Shown piece after piece: positions 17,041-27,481 of a DNA stretch of 64,000 nucleotides (the first letter of the stretch is position 1; the number at the start of each line of letters is the position of its first letter). The translations under genes and the position numbers were made by a program. The DNA is taken from IMG/VR virus record IMGVR_UViG_3300035208_006521, positions 1 through 64,000 of that record; one strand, written 5' to 3'. Source of the stretch: a virus (taxonomy: Duplodnaviria > Caudoviricetes). A model generated the notes under the pieces. It saw only the letters and a list, made by a program, of their open reading frames with translations, ran no database searches and was not told where the DNA came from.

Positions 17041-18506
17041 TCGAAACTATTTCCTCCTATTATGCCGTAGTATGTTGTACCACCATCGATAGTTATAAAT
17101 GTATATATAGCAATTTGATTTGCTTCATCTAGTGTGTTGGGAATTAAACCCTCTTCCCATTTAATGGTTACGGGCCACCATATTTGTCTTGGTAGTCCAT
17201 TATCATCTTTTTTTACTATTAAAGTAATACTACCTGCTCTACCCGTAGCCGGAGGATTTGTGAAAGAAATGGTGCAATTATTAGTTAATACAACAGACTG
17301 TACATTTCCATCTTCAAAATTTATAGTTAAATCCGCTCCACTATTTCCTTTGACGGCCAATGTTTCCGAATAGTCTTTTATCATCGGCCTTGATAAAACA
17401 TTATCCAACAAATTAAGACTAGAAGATAACTCCATACTTCTATCGGCATCTATTTTTAGGATATTTGATTTTGTCGTCCCGTCAAACTGATCTATTACAA
17501 AAGCCCTGAAAGAACCCGTCCCCCTTTTCTGTATCCTTATACCGAATTGTCTTTCCGAATTATATCCATTGTTATAAAAATCAACAAATTCTTGATTTGG
17601 TTCATTACCTCTAACAAGGCTAATGGTTGCTTCTCTTTCTTGTGTCAAATCTCCAGGGGGGGACCATATACTCAAAATAGAATATTGTTGATTGTAGTTT
17701 CTCAAAATTAGAAAATCAGTTCCTCCCCTATACATTACTAATCTTGGGTCTACTTCTGGGCCAAATCCTATTCCGCCATTTTTCATTTTTAGATCAGTGT
17801 ATAAATCCATACCTGCCAAAGTTTTCATAAGTCCTGAAAATTCTGTTGGGCCTAGAATTTTTCCTCCATATAACCTTAAATCAGAAATATCCTCTTTTAT
17901 ATAGGTAATGTCTTTTTCAGTAGTCCAGTCTGCTGTCTCGCATCCATCGTAGTTGGCTGTACAATTCTTTATATAAGAATTTAGTATATTGGTTGATTGA
18001 TAAGCGGGTACTTGAATTTCAGCTATTTTAATCCATCCCGATGTTTTTGTAGGAGCAACTCCAGAACCTGGTGTGCCAGCTATTACTTGAGCTTCTATTT
18101 TTATTTCATTTGTAGTATATACGGATGAATAGGATATCGCACCTGTTATAGGGTCCTTAAAAGCTCTTGTATCTTGATCCCCGGGAACTTCATAAAGCCT
18201 AATTTCTACCGTATCTATTCTCAAAGAAGAGACTCCATTTGTTACAGCAATAGGACCCAAGAGCTCTTTGTTATAGGCCATTCTAATGGTTGAATTACAC
18301 ACACCTAGCCCTAGGGTGATGTCAATGTTCATAGAAGGTGTCGATCTTTGTTGTGCTTTTAATCCAAAAAAGATCAAATCCTTCGACATACTTCTGCTTA
18401 TCATACGAAAAGCAGCCTCTAAATTTTTGACCTCTCTTTCGTTTATAAGTTCAAGGTCATTTGACTTCATTATTTCATTAGCTTGAAGTTTAGTTGTTTT
18501 TATCAT
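17037..18506 (-). CDS. Tail fibre protein
   Basis: Follows the baseplate genes; C-terminal LTINFEDGNVQSVVLTNNCTISFTNPP...WP..IKW...DGGTTYYG domain typical of fibre tips. Confidence 0.7.
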   Translation of the reverse strand: MIKTTKLQANEIMKSNDLELINEREVKNLEAAFRMISRSMSKDLIFFGLKAQQRSTPSMNIDITLGLGVCNSTIRMAYNKELLGPIAVTNGVSSLRIDTVEIRLYEVPGDQDTRAFKDPITGAISYSSVYTTNEIKIEAQVIAGTPGSGVAPTKTSGWIKIAEIQVPAYQSTNILNSYIKNCTANYDGCETADWTTEKDITYIKEDISDLRLYGGKILGPTEFSGLMKTLAGMDLYTDLKMKNGGIGFGPEVDPRLVMYRGGTDFLILRNYNQQYSILSIWSPPGDLTQEREATISLVRGNEPNQEFVDFYNNGYNSERQFGIRIQKRGTGSFRAFVIDQFDGTTKSNILKIDADRSMELSSSLNLLDNVLSRPMIKDYSETLAVKGNSGADLTINFEDGNVQSVVLTNNCTISFTNPPATGRAGSITLIVKKDDNGLPRQIWWPVTIKWEEGLIPNTLDEANQIAIYTFITIDGGTTYYGIIGGNSFE

Positions 18507-18512
18507 ATAGTT

Positions 18513-19682
18513 TTAGCCTCCATATCTTGATACTACTTCTACAACAGATTTTATTCCAGCTGTCTTTACCTTATCCAAAAGCTCATTGAGAAAATCTAAA
18601 GGATAAGAACTGCCGGGTCCTGATAAAAAATCATTATCTAAAAAAGATGCATTTTCATAATCATAAGTGGCAATAGGGTCCGAGCCAGCTGGCCATAAAT
18701 TGGAATAACTACCCGGTAAATAATTTGATGCTATAAAAACTTTTACTGATGGATTTTCGGGCCAAATACCAAATCTAACTTTATCCACTCTCACCTTATA
18801 ATTGTTTTCTGAGGATAAAAATGTAGATTCTGAAGCAATTATAAAAGTCAAATCCCTAGAATCAGGGCAGACTACATATACTTCATAGTAGACATAATTC
18901 AAACCTTTTTTTGGTATTAGTATCTTTGCTCCACTTATCCATGTATTTGTCTTTGCATCATATTGTTTTGAGTCTCCTGATCTTCTTATTGTTAGAGTTA
19001 ATATATTATCCCCTGTACAGTTTCCATCATCTTTATAAAACATAGAAAACTTATAAATACCTGTCCCGACACTATTAACATTTTGTAGTATGTATGAACT
19101 ATCTATGTCTTCGCTTATCTGAAATTCAACTGCTCTGGATTGTTCCAAATGTTCCGTTTTTGTTTCAACAATATGTGAATCCCCACTCTCATACTCATCC
19201 CAATTATCAAAATCATTTCCTGTACCGTCTTCAAAATCACCGTTTAATATTACATCGCCTGTTTCTATATAATCATTTATGACAAATATATCTTTTTCAT
19301 CAAAGAAATACGAGAAGACTTTTTTGATTGATAATGGTACCATCCATTTAGGAAATAATTTTCTTCTTATTATAGAAAAGAATCTGTTAATCAGATTAAC
19401 ATCGGTCTCTTCTTCGATCCTTTTCATATTAAGAAAAAAATCGGTTACTACATCAATCCATTCATTCTCTGACTTTCCTAAATCATAAGCTGATAGTGTA
19501 TAAATTATAAATAATTTCAAGAATTCTAATTCATTTGATATTGCCCCGCAGTTTATATCAGAACTCTGGTTTATTACTGTATTTGGAACAGAATTAACAT
19601 CCCCATAAACAACTTTATATCCTTTCTCTTGTTTATTTATAAGAGAAGGCATTCTTTCATTTAGTGATTTTATTATACTCAT
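18513..19682 (-). CDS. Baseplate wedge protein with a carbohydrate-binding-like insertion
   Basis: Downstream of baseplate J; central ILNGDFEDG...W segment resembles a CBM4/9 start. Confidence 0.55.
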   Translation of the reverse strand: MSIIKSLNERMPSLINKQEKGYKVVYGDVNSVPNTVINQSSDINCGAISNELEFLKLFIIYTLSAYDLGKSENEWIDVVTDFFLNMKRIEEETDVNLINRFFSIIRRKLFPKWMVPLSIKKVFSYFFDEKDIFVINDYIETGDVILNGDFEDGTGNDFDNWDEYESGDSHIVETKTEHLEQSRAVEFQISEDIDSSYILQNVNSVGTGIYKFSMFYKDDGNCTGDNILTLTIRRSGDSKQYDAKTNTWISGAKILIPKKGLNYVYYEVYVVCPDSRDLTFIIASESTFLSSENNYKVRVDKVRFGIWPENPSVKVFIASNYLPGSYSNLWPAGSDPIATYDYENASFLDNDFLSGPGSSYPLDFLNELLDKVKTAGIKSVVEVVSRYGG

Positions 19683-19683
19683 A

Positions 19684-20757
19684 TTAAGATACCGTTATAG
19701 ACATTGTTCCTGGTTTTGCTATTTGGTTACTTCCTATAGATACATTTGAAGCCGGTTCGCTTACTGTACAATCTACAATTCCATTAACAGACATTATAGC
19801 TGATTCTATCTTCTTCTTTATAATATCTTCCCCAAGTGTCAATGAATTTATATAATCAGAAATTGCTTTCTTTGTTGTAAACTCTATTAAAGATTCAGAC
19901 AATCTTCCGTCGCTATATGCTGTCGCTACTACGTCCTGGGTTACTTTTACTGGGGCTAATACTCTAACATGAATTCCTGCAGCCCTTTCGCCTGGGTTGG
20001 TTTCTGAATCATTTCCAACAACTGCAAGGGTTACGGCTTCTATCATTGAATCTGGGGCATTGCCGGCCCCATCTTCTACATATAAAGAAAAATGATAAGT
20101 ATCGGATGGAGGAAAATGTTCTATTATTTGTGCTGATCTTACCCCGTATACTTTCTTAGCAGTAGCCAATATCCCCGCTTTGTTGGCATTTCCTAATCCT
20201 TCTACATATTCCTGGAATCTTTTTATATGTTGAGTGGGAGATTCTTCGTCTACTCCTCCCGAAGTTTTATTTGGATTGTTTACAGTTTCTATTCCGTCAA
20301 GTGAAGTTTCTAGTACAGTTATCGTGTTTTCCAGAACATTACCCGCTTTACCCACTTCTATAGCTTCTATGGAAATGGCTGAAGAAGAATCCGAGCCATC
20401 CAATATTTGCCCATCTTCTGTAGTTTGAAATCTTATACCATCCGCCGTTGTTACAATAGTTGTAGATGGTATTGGTATTGTACCAATAGTGCCTGTTCTT
20501 CCGAAAATAACACTACCTGCCGACTTTTTCGAAATTCCTTTTATAAATCCGAATATAGTGACAGGAATATCCCTCATGGATTCCTTAAATCCTATTTTTG
20601 TCTTTATGTAGAGTTGTTCTATTTCCAGACTTAGTGCTTCACAAATTGAAGCTACTATAGAACCTTCATTGAAATCCGTTAATTTTTCCTGGTTAGCAAT
20701 TATCCAGGTCAACATATCTGAATAAACATTATCAAATTTCTTTATTTCAAATTCCAT
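19684..20757 (-). CDS. Baseplate J/gp47-like protein
   Basis: LTDFNEGS, A.G.V.F.R, IEAIEVGKAGNV, GGVDEES...RFQEY. Confidence 0.9.
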   Translation of the reverse strand: MEFEIKKFDNVYSDMLTWIIANQEKLTDFNEGSIVASICEALSLEIEQLYIKTKIGFKESMRDIPVTIFGFIKGISKKSAGSVIFGRTGTIGTIPIPSTTIVTTADGIRFQTTEDGQILDGSDSSSAISIEAIEVGKAGNVLENTITVLETSLDGIETVNNPNKTSGGVDEESPTQHIKRFQEYVEGLGNANKAGILATAKKVYGVRSAQIIEHFPPSDTYHFSLYVEDGAGNAPDSMIEAVTLAVVGNDSETNPGERAAGIHVRVLAPVKVTQDVVATAYSDGRLSESLIEFTTKKAISDYINSLTLGEDIIKKKIESAIMSVNGIVDCTVSEPASNVSIGSNQIAKPGTMSITVS

Positions 20758-22421
20758 TAAATTTCTCCTGAATAAGGTATATAATCACCTTCTTTTATAG
20801 TGGTAAAATTTAAACTAATTTCTATTGCATCCCCAGACATATTCATCGTTATTCCTTCTATTCTGGAAATTCTTGGGTCTTGAATCAGGGTATCCTTTAT
20901 ATTAACCACTGCATAAGAAAGTGGGGTTAGATCAGACATATTACCACCAACGGAAGTTCTTAACCCGTACATGATAAGTCTTAGTCTTCTTCCTAGAGTT
21001 TCGTTTAACCTCAAATTCACCGCTTGTATTATATTTTTTATCCCACTTACAATTGCATAATCTCCATTGGCTGATATTACCATATTACCATCAGCATCCA
21101 GTCTTATATCAGAACCGTAGACATCAACAAGTTCAGTTGAATATACAAGGTTTGAGAAAACACTTTCCCCTTTAACAAGAGATGGAATTTTTACGGTTTG
21201 TCCTACTACTAAATCATCATCCCCTGCTAAACCATTAAAGTCTGCCAATAAGCTTTGGTATATAGGATCGCCAAGATAGTTGGCCGCTAAATTTTCCAAG
21301 GTCGTTGTTTCTGTTATAGTTACTGTTTTGTAGCCATAAGTTACATATTCACTAGATTCATTTATATCTTTATCCATAAATTCATCAATAGCTGGAGCGT
21401 CTTCTTCTATGGAAAAATCTTCTGTCCTTAATATTAAGTCATCTACGTTAGATTGTCCGGATTTTTCGGTATATCTTTTATAACCAGCAGACCCCATGGT
21501 CTTACCATTGACTACAAGGGAACAAAATAAAGTATTCACACTAGTTGAAGTAATTAAAATTTTATAATAGTCCATTTGGTCCGAGAAAAAAGCTTTTTCT
21601 TGTTCGGTAAGATTCCTTATATCTTGAACTATTTCTCTGGATAAGTTTTTACATTTTTCAATGAGAGTCCTGGGATAATTCACTAAATTATTAACCTGGT
21701 TGACAAAACTTATAAATTGGTCTTCGAGATCATCAACTAGATCAATAAGATTATCAATCTTATCCATTACATTTTTTATTGATGTAAGAGTTCTTTTGAT
21801 AACATTTACTGCCTTCCTTATAGCCCCAAGTACTGTGAAAGGGTCTTTAATAGCTACGGGATTTTTTACCTCGTATGTAGCTGTACCCAATTCCCTGATA
21901 GCCGTTAATTCAAGGTCATAACTAAAGAATAAAGGTTTATCTTTATTCCTAGAAGATTTGAATTTATCCAATTGGCAAACATATCCTTCCGTTGCTATCT
22001 CAAGCGGAACTCCTGCTACCATCGCCCTTTCATTTGCTGTACTAAGATCATATAATCTTAAATCATATTTAAGATAATCATCCTTTAACCACTTTTTGTA
22101 TCTTATTATTTTATCCCTGAAATAATAAAAAGCTTTTCTGCCGTCAAACTTTTCATTATTGATAGATGCTCCTTTGGAAGTACTATAAGTATTCCGAGCA
22201 GTCATACCCCCTGTATTACCTGATATTGAAATGACTTGATTGTCAGGACCATAATCATCTATGAATATTCCACCAAAGGTTTTTTTCTTTGATACCCTTT
22301 GTGGTTCTTCAACGTTGAAACTCTCGGGTGGTATAGTAAGAGTAAAAGCTTCTTTTACTCTCCCGGTTGTTCTGTCGAGTAATTCAAATAATATAGATTT
22401 TTTATATAATGATTCTGCCAT
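20757..22421 (-). CDS. Baseplate fusion protein: tube-initiator-like N-terminus + LysM + gp25/W-like C-terminus
   Basis: TLENLAANYLGD...NGL...LVVGQTVKIP (LysM); GIKNIIQAVNLRL.ETLG...DPRI (gp25-like). Confidence 0.6.
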   Translation of the reverse strand: MAESLYKKSILFELLDRTTGRVKEAFTLTIPPESFNVEEPQRVSKKKTFGGIFIDDYGPDNQVISISGNTGGMTARNTYSTSKGASINNEKFDGRKAFYYFRDKIIRYKKWLKDDYLKYDLRLYDLSTANERAMVAGVPLEIATEGYVCQLDKFKSSRNKDKPLFFSYDLELTAIRELGTATYEVKNPVAIKDPFTVLGAIRKAVNVIKRTLTSIKNVMDKIDNLIDLVDDLEDQFISFVNQVNNLVNYPRTLIEKCKNLSREIVQDIRNLTEQEKAFFSDQMDYYKILITSTSVNTLFCSLVVNGKTMGSAGYKRYTEKSGQSNVDDLILRTEDFSIEEDAPAIDEFMDKDINESSEYVTYGYKTVTITETTTLENLAANYLGDPIYQSLLADFNGLAGDDDLVVGQTVKIPSLVKGESVFSNLVYSTELVDVYGSDIRLDADGNMVISANGDYAIVSGIKNIIQAVNLRLNETLGRRLRLIMYGLRTSVGGNMSDLTPLSYAVVNIKDTLIQDPRISRIEGITMNMSGDAIEISLNFTTIKEGDYIPYSGEI

Positions 22422-22422
22422 T

Positions 22423-22812
22423 CTATTCTCCTATCACTTTCGACTGACCCGCAGATGATATTTTGACAGGTTGGTTACCCAAGCTAACCGGATTGCCACT
22501 TAGAGTACCTTGAAAAGGACCTGTTATTGTTTCATCATCTAATCTCATCACATATTTTGAGCTGGTCGAATTATCCCTATTTTTTGTGCTAGAAGCCAAT
22601 ACTGATCCCGAACCCATGACAGTACCTGGATCGCAACCTGAAGCATTACCACCTGAAAAAGTAAAATCTACTTTTTCAAAAAAAACTCCTCCGCCCTCTG
22701 CTTTAACCTTCAAACTCGGGACGGAAGTTATCACAAAAACTCCTAAAGTTACCAAGGAGCCAGTACCATGTCCTAATGAACCATTCATATTCATTAGAGC
22801 TTTTTTGCTCAT
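22423..22812 (-). CDS. Baseplate spike-tip (PAAR/gp5.4-like) protein
   Basis: Small G/S-rich beta protein directly after the spike gene. Confidence 0.45.
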   Translation of the reverse strand: MSKKALMNMNGSLGHGTGSLVTLGVFVITSVPSLKVKAEGGGVFFEKVDFTFSGGNASGCDPGTVMGSGSVLASSTKNRDNSTSSKYVMRLDDETITGPFQGTLSGNPVSLGNQPVKISSAGQSKVIGE

Positions 22813-23465
22813 TGTAATATCTCCAGATTGTCATTTATTACAATACTTGATGTTCCCATTACAAATGTATTTGAATTTTTATCTGTCAATGTTATCCCAT
22901 CTGAATTCATTTGTACAATATTATTATCCTTACTCTGGATTGTTATATCATTTGTAGGGTCCAGAATTATTTTATTTCCTTCCTTATCTTCTATTGTCCA
23001 AACCCCTGTTGATCTGTCATAGGTTTCTTTTAGCCCGCCTTTTCTTATTTTTAAATCTATATCTTCCTGGCCCGATTTTATCAATTCAGTTTTTAATTTG
23101 TCCCCTAAACCACCGAGTAAACTTAATACAGAACATATTACTATTGCATTCTCTATTATGCCATCCGGAAATAATATGAGTACCTTGGATTTTTCTGATG
23201 GCAATCTTCTTTCGCCATATCCTCTTTCTGATTCAAAACCCACCCATTCAAGACTAGCAACTTCACAATTTCTTATTATCATTCCTGTAGATAATCTTAC
23301 ATCAACCATCATTGTTGATGAATTTCTGCTACCTGGTACAATAGTGCCCCAAGTTATATAAAGTGGCTTATCGTAGCTATTATCCCTGGCAAAGGATTCT
23401 TTAGCTGCGGCTATAGGAGCCTGATCATAATAACCTTCTTCTATTATTTCTATTTCTTCTGGCAT
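22809..23465 (-). CDS. Baseplate central spike (gpV-like)
   Basis: OB-like N-terminus, then repeating short beta-strand motifs (TIEDKEGNKIIL, TIQSKDNNIVQM, TLTDKNSNTFVM). Confidence 0.7.
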   Translation of the reverse strand: MPEEIEIIEEGYYDQAPIAAAKESFARDNSYDKPLYITWGTIVPGSRNSSTMMVDVRLSTGMIIRNCEVASLEWVGFESERGYGERRLPSEKSKVLILFPDGIIENAIVICSVLSLLGGLGDKLKTELIKSGQEDIDLKIRKGGLKETYDRSTGVWTIEDKEGNKIILDPTNDITIQSKDNNIVQMNSDGITLTDKNSNTFVMGTSSIVINDNLEILQ

Positions 23466-23514
23466 AATATTGTCCTTATAAACCCATCTTATTATATTGT
23501 CCTTATATTGTAAA

Positions 23515-25008
23515 CTACTTTTTATTAAAGTCAGGTTCTAGTGATATTCTGGCTACATTTTCCAGTTTTCCTATCATATTACCGGATGAATCATATCTAT
23601 ATCCCCGGGAAACACCAATTCTAGTTGTCATTGCTCCCATATAACTCCAGGAATGATCTACGCTTTCTACATAAAATTCTCCATCCAGAAATGATATTCT
23701 TTCCCCTATTTTTGGGTCTTGAATTTGTGAATAATTTTTGTCTTCTGTACCTTGCCAATCAGCATTATTTATAGTGTGTATTGAAATACTGCCGCTATAC
23801 ATTTCATCATTGTGCTGATACCATCTTTTCATCATCCTCGAAAATTCTTTCATTAAAGAATAGGCTTCGGAAAATTGTTCTATTTTGCTCCTGTTAAAAA
23901 ATCTGAATTCTGTTATTAAGGGTCTGTATCCAAACTTTCTTAATTTTTCATCATCTATCTCATATAATTTACCTTTCTTTTCGCCAGGTCCCAATTCTAC
24001 ATCCATAACCATAGCTTTAGTTCTATCTATAACAGAACCAGGCAGGGTACATAAATAAAAACTAAATACATCACTTATAGATGTATTCAAATCAAATTCT
24101 TGTATAACAACAGGCGGAAGAAGGTTAGTTTTTAATAGCTTCCAATCTTGTGGTTCAAAAGGAGCCTGTCTGAAAATTATTTCATAGCCTCCGTCGGATG
24201 ATTTTGCGCTCTTTGGATTCCATCTACCGTACATTTCATTTATTGGAGGTTGAGCAAGCCCTTGCCATAACTCCCATATGCTGTTTTCTCCCCTCTGATA
24301 TAAAGACAGAGTCATGGGATATTTTATGATAAAATTATTTGGGATTCCGGTTTCCAGATCAACAAACTTATCTAATATGGCTCTAACACCTATACCGGCT
24401 GAGTTGCCGGCTGAATCACTTTCCCCTATTTTAAGAGCAAGACCCATGAAGCTTTGATATATTGGCAACAATATAGTTGGTCCCACTTTCGCGCCTTCAT
24501 CCTGGGCCGATGCTAATTTCTTCTGTAGATTTGAGGCTAAGGTGACGGCTGATGGTTGTCCTTGATAGATAGCAGCGTCTATTACCATTTTAAAGGCTGA
24601 TAATAATCCACCTATATTGCTTCCTGTCATAACTATGTTTCTATCGGGTTTTCCATCTTCTGACATTGAAGCAGAATATCCCCTTTGGGTTATATATCCC
24701 ACATATCTCACTACACCAAATTCGATAAAAAATACAAGGTCCATTTCTTTTAATTTATCCATCCAAGTCATTCCTCTATCATCTCTAGAAGGTACTAGTG
24801 ACAGAGTAAAAGAACCTTCTACTGAGGAAATATTCTCTGAAAAATTATAAGATATTAAATCCGTCGATAGCTCGTATTCGGAACCTTTTTTTAATTTAGT
24901 AGAACTGGAAGTAAAACCCACTATATATTTACCATCATAAGAAGCACTTTTAAAATTTGGCCTCCATATTTTTATCTCGAAATCTACTACTCTCCTTTTA
25001 TATTTCAT
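23515..25008 (-). CDS. Baseplate hub protein
   Basis: Position after the tape measure gene; GSFTLSL, EFYVESVDHSW...T.IGVSRG. Confidence 0.65.
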   Translation of the reverse strand: MKYKRRVVDFEIKIWRPNFKSASYDGKYIVGFTSSSTKLKKGSEYELSTDLISYNFSENISSVEGSFTLSLVPSRDDRGMTWMDKLKEMDLVFFIEFGVVRYVGYITQRGYSASMSEDGKPDRNIVMTGSNIGGLLSAFKMVIDAAIYQGQPSAVTLASNLQKKLASAQDEGAKVGPTILLPIYQSFMGLALKIGESDSAGNSAGIGVRAILDKFVDLETGIPNNFIIKYPMTLSLYQRGENSIWELWQGLAQPPINEMYGRWNPKSAKSSDGGYEIIFRQAPFEPQDWKLLKTNLLPPVVIQEFDLNTSISDVFSFYLCTLPGSVIDRTKAMVMDVELGPGEKKGKLYEIDDEKLRKFGYRPLITEFRFFNRSKIEQFSEAYSLMKEFSRMMKRWYQHNDEMYSGSISIHTINNADWQGTEDKNYSQIQDPKIGERISFLDGEFYVESVDHSWSYMGAMTTRIGVSRGYRYDSSGNMIGKLENVARISLEPDFNKK

Positions 25009-26750
25009 TTTTTGGTCCTCGGAACTTTTATCACTGTCTTTGAGTTATTTTTTCTTCTCAATTCTTCTGTGTTCCTGTTAATAGCATCCACTAACGGACT
25101 AGTTGCTAATACATCAAAAGGTGGAATTTTCATTTTACTTTTTTCTTCAGGAGTCATTTCCGGGGGACCTAATATATTTTCCTTAGCCTGATTTAATCCT
25201 TCTCCCATATCTTTTTTCCAGTTTTCAAATCCACCTTTTCCTACATATCTATCAACTTTTAAAGAATAGGCTACTCCTTTTTGCATAACATCATAAGCCC
25301 CTTTTGAGAGGTCGTTTTTTAATGGTACTATTGTCTCTGCTATTTTACGGACATCGTTCATTATAGTTTCCTGGGTTCTTAACATACTCATTTCTGGAGT
25401 ACCCATTATGCCCCTGGCTTTTTCTTCAACGTCCTTTTTTGATTTTATTGAGAGTGCTTTCATTTCTTCCCTACCAAATTTATCGGTGGGTACTTTCATC
25501 ATTCTTTCGGAAGTTTCTGCAGTCCATCCAAAATATTCTTCCATTGTTTGTTGTATAAGGTCTTTGTCCCCTATTAAGCCGGTCAACATTTCTCTGTATT
25601 TACCAAACAATTCCGGAGTCATTCCTCTTTGTAGTCTCTTTGTTATTTGTGACCTGGAAGCCGTCCCCGCTTCTCCTTTTTTTCTCATCTCATCCTGTTC
25701 GAGACTTTGCGCCGCTCTCCACATTATAACATCTTCTTCTCTCCCCAATTTGGCAGCACCAATTGCAACACCTTCCATTTTTTTGTATTGTTCAACGCCA
25801 TATTGTCCTTTGAACATAGGACCTGCTTGTGATAACCAAGCTAGACTCTGAGCAGCTTCATCAGCTCCAACTTCTACACCCCTAGCAACACCTGCTTGTA
25901 TTATGTCAGCTAATCCTTCTAGAGCTTCCATAAACTGGCCTTCTTTTAATCCTGAGGCTTTAGTAACTGCACCTCCAAGACCTAGCATATTTTCAGCCCA
26001 ACCAAACCTCATTCCCATTGCTTCAAATCTAGCAAGCTCTGATGGAGATTTTCCATATGCTCTACCGTACATTTCCACATTAAGGGCGGATTTTTCTAAC
26101 TCTCTTCTTTCCCCTTTTGAAGTAAGACTTGCTCCCCCTATCTCTGCCAATTTTCTATATACAGACATACCTTCTTCCAAAGTATACCCATATTTGCTTG
26201 CTGTGTTTGAAATCATGTTCATTGTTCCCCCGAAATTTCTTCCGAAAGAACTCATAGAAGAGGTTAGTTCAGCCAATCCTTTTAGATGTTTTTCATACTG
26301 CATTTCAACGGCATTTAGGGCTATAGCAGTTGCTCCACCAACTAAGAGAATTTCTCCAACTACTTTTGGCAATTTTTCAACCATCTTACTAGTGGAGCTT
26401 AATATATCCCCCGTTGCTGCCATTACATCTCCTTCTCCCAAATCTGTGGCTACCCTGCCAACTTCATGAACTCCATGTGCGGCTTCTTTTAAAGGTCTTT
26501 CTCCTTGACTTTTTTTTCTACTATCCTTTTCATCTTCTTTTCTTTCCTGATTCCTCATTTTGTTCTGGGTATCGTGGAATTTATCTACTCTATCTGCAAA
26601 GGATTTGTATTTTTGCTCCAAATCCCCAAGCTGCAGGGCATCTTTCATGTCCCCTGCAGCATCTGAGATATTCCTAAAACCTTCTTCGACCCTGGAAGCA
26701 ACCGGCGTTACTTCCTCTGTCATTGTTAAATTTAATCCTATCTGTGGCAT
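25005..26750 (-). CDS. Tape measure protein (581 aa)
   Basis: Helical A/G/E/M-rich protein after the tube and chaperone genes. Confidence 0.75.
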   Translation of the reverse strand: MPQIGLNLTMTEEVTPVASRVEEGFRNISDAAGDMKDALQLGDLEQKYKSFADRVDKFHDTQNKMRNQERKEDEKDSRKKSQGERPLKEAAHGVHEVGRVATDLGEGDVMAATGDILSSTSKMVEKLPKVVGEILLVGGATAIALNAVEMQYEKHLKGLAELTSSMSSFGRNFGGTMNMISNTASKYGYTLEEGMSVYRKLAEIGGASLTSKGERRELEKSALNVEMYGRAYGKSPSELARFEAMGMRFGWAENMLGLGGAVTKASGLKEGQFMEALEGLADIIQAGVARGVEVGADEAAQSLAWLSQAGPMFKGQYGVEQYKKMEGVAIGAAKLGREEDVIMWRAAQSLEQDEMRKKGEAGTASRSQITKRLQRGMTPELFGKYREMLTGLIGDKDLIQQTMEEYFGWTAETSERMMKVPTDKFGREEMKALSIKSKKDVEEKARGIMGTPEMSMLRTQETIMNDVRKIAETIVPLKNDLSKGAYDVMQKGVAYSLKVDRYVGKGGFENWKKDMGEGLNQAKENILGPPEMTPEEKSKMKIPPFDVLATSPLVDAINRNTEELRRKNNSKTVIKVPRTKK

Positions 26751-26752
26751 TT

Positions 26753-27067
26753 CTACCTACCTCTACTAAGAATATCCTTTGATATTTTTTCAATATCCTC
26801 TTCGGAATATCCCATGGATTTTAGGGATTCTTTTGGTATTTTATTTTCTTCTGTTTCCTTTCTTTTCCTCTTTATATAAGCATCTTTAAATATTTCAACA
26901 GATGGTATCTGTACAGGAATTATAAAAAGAAGCTCTATAAGTTCATCAGAAATTGATTTGAATCTTTTGTCAGTCGGTAATATTCGATAGCGATCCATTA
27001 CCCATAATTTCATCTTCATCTCCGGACTGCTCTTTTCTACTGTCTCCGACAAATCTTGATTCTCCAA
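26753..27067 (-). CDS. Tail assembly chaperone, second (T-like) ORF
   Basis: Overlaps the chaperone ORF by 98 bp, directly before the tape measure gene. True start uncertain. Confidence 0.55.
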   Translation of the reverse strand: MENQDLSETVEKSSPEMKMKLWVMDRYRILPTDKRFKSISDELIELLFIIPVQIPSVEIFKDAYIKRKRKETEENKIPKESLKSMGYSEEDIEKISKDILSRGR

Positions 27068-27443
27068 TTTTCTTTTGTGTCTTTTTACGAAGTTGAAGAT
27101 ACCTCCCGTAAAGCTTTGCTATGAATTCGGTATCAGGACAATGTTCCGAAGAAGATAATTTATTCCACCACTCCGGGGCCTCAACAATAACATAATCAAG
27201 GACTGCATATACTCTGAATTCTCTTATCTGTTCGGGAGTAAATGCTTCCGTTGGCATACCTTCAAGTCTCTGGGCTAGAGATACTTCTATCCTTCTCAAA
27301 TCATAGGGAAGAGGGAACTTTATAATAAAGTTCCCCCTCTTTGTCTTTACTGTTTCACTAATTTGTTTACCAGACAATATTCTCTCCAGAATATCATCAC
27401 TTTCTTTTTCTGCTCTCGTCATTTTGTTTCCTTCTGTTGACAT
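26970..27443 (-). CDS. Tail assembly chaperone (G-like)
   Basis: Between tube and tape measure genes; A.LDYVIVEAPEWW. Confidence 0.65.
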   Translation of the reverse strand: MSTEGNKMTRAEKESDDILERILSGKQISETVKTKRGNFIIKFPLPYDLRRIEVSLAQRLEGMPTEAFTPEQIREFRVYAVLDYVIVEAPEWWNKLSSSEHCPDTEFIAKLYGRYLQLRKKTQKKIGESRFVGDSRKEQSGDEDEIMGNGSLSNITD

Positions 27444-27481
27444 ATACTTCTCCTTTTTTATTATTTAAAAACATCCGTTAT

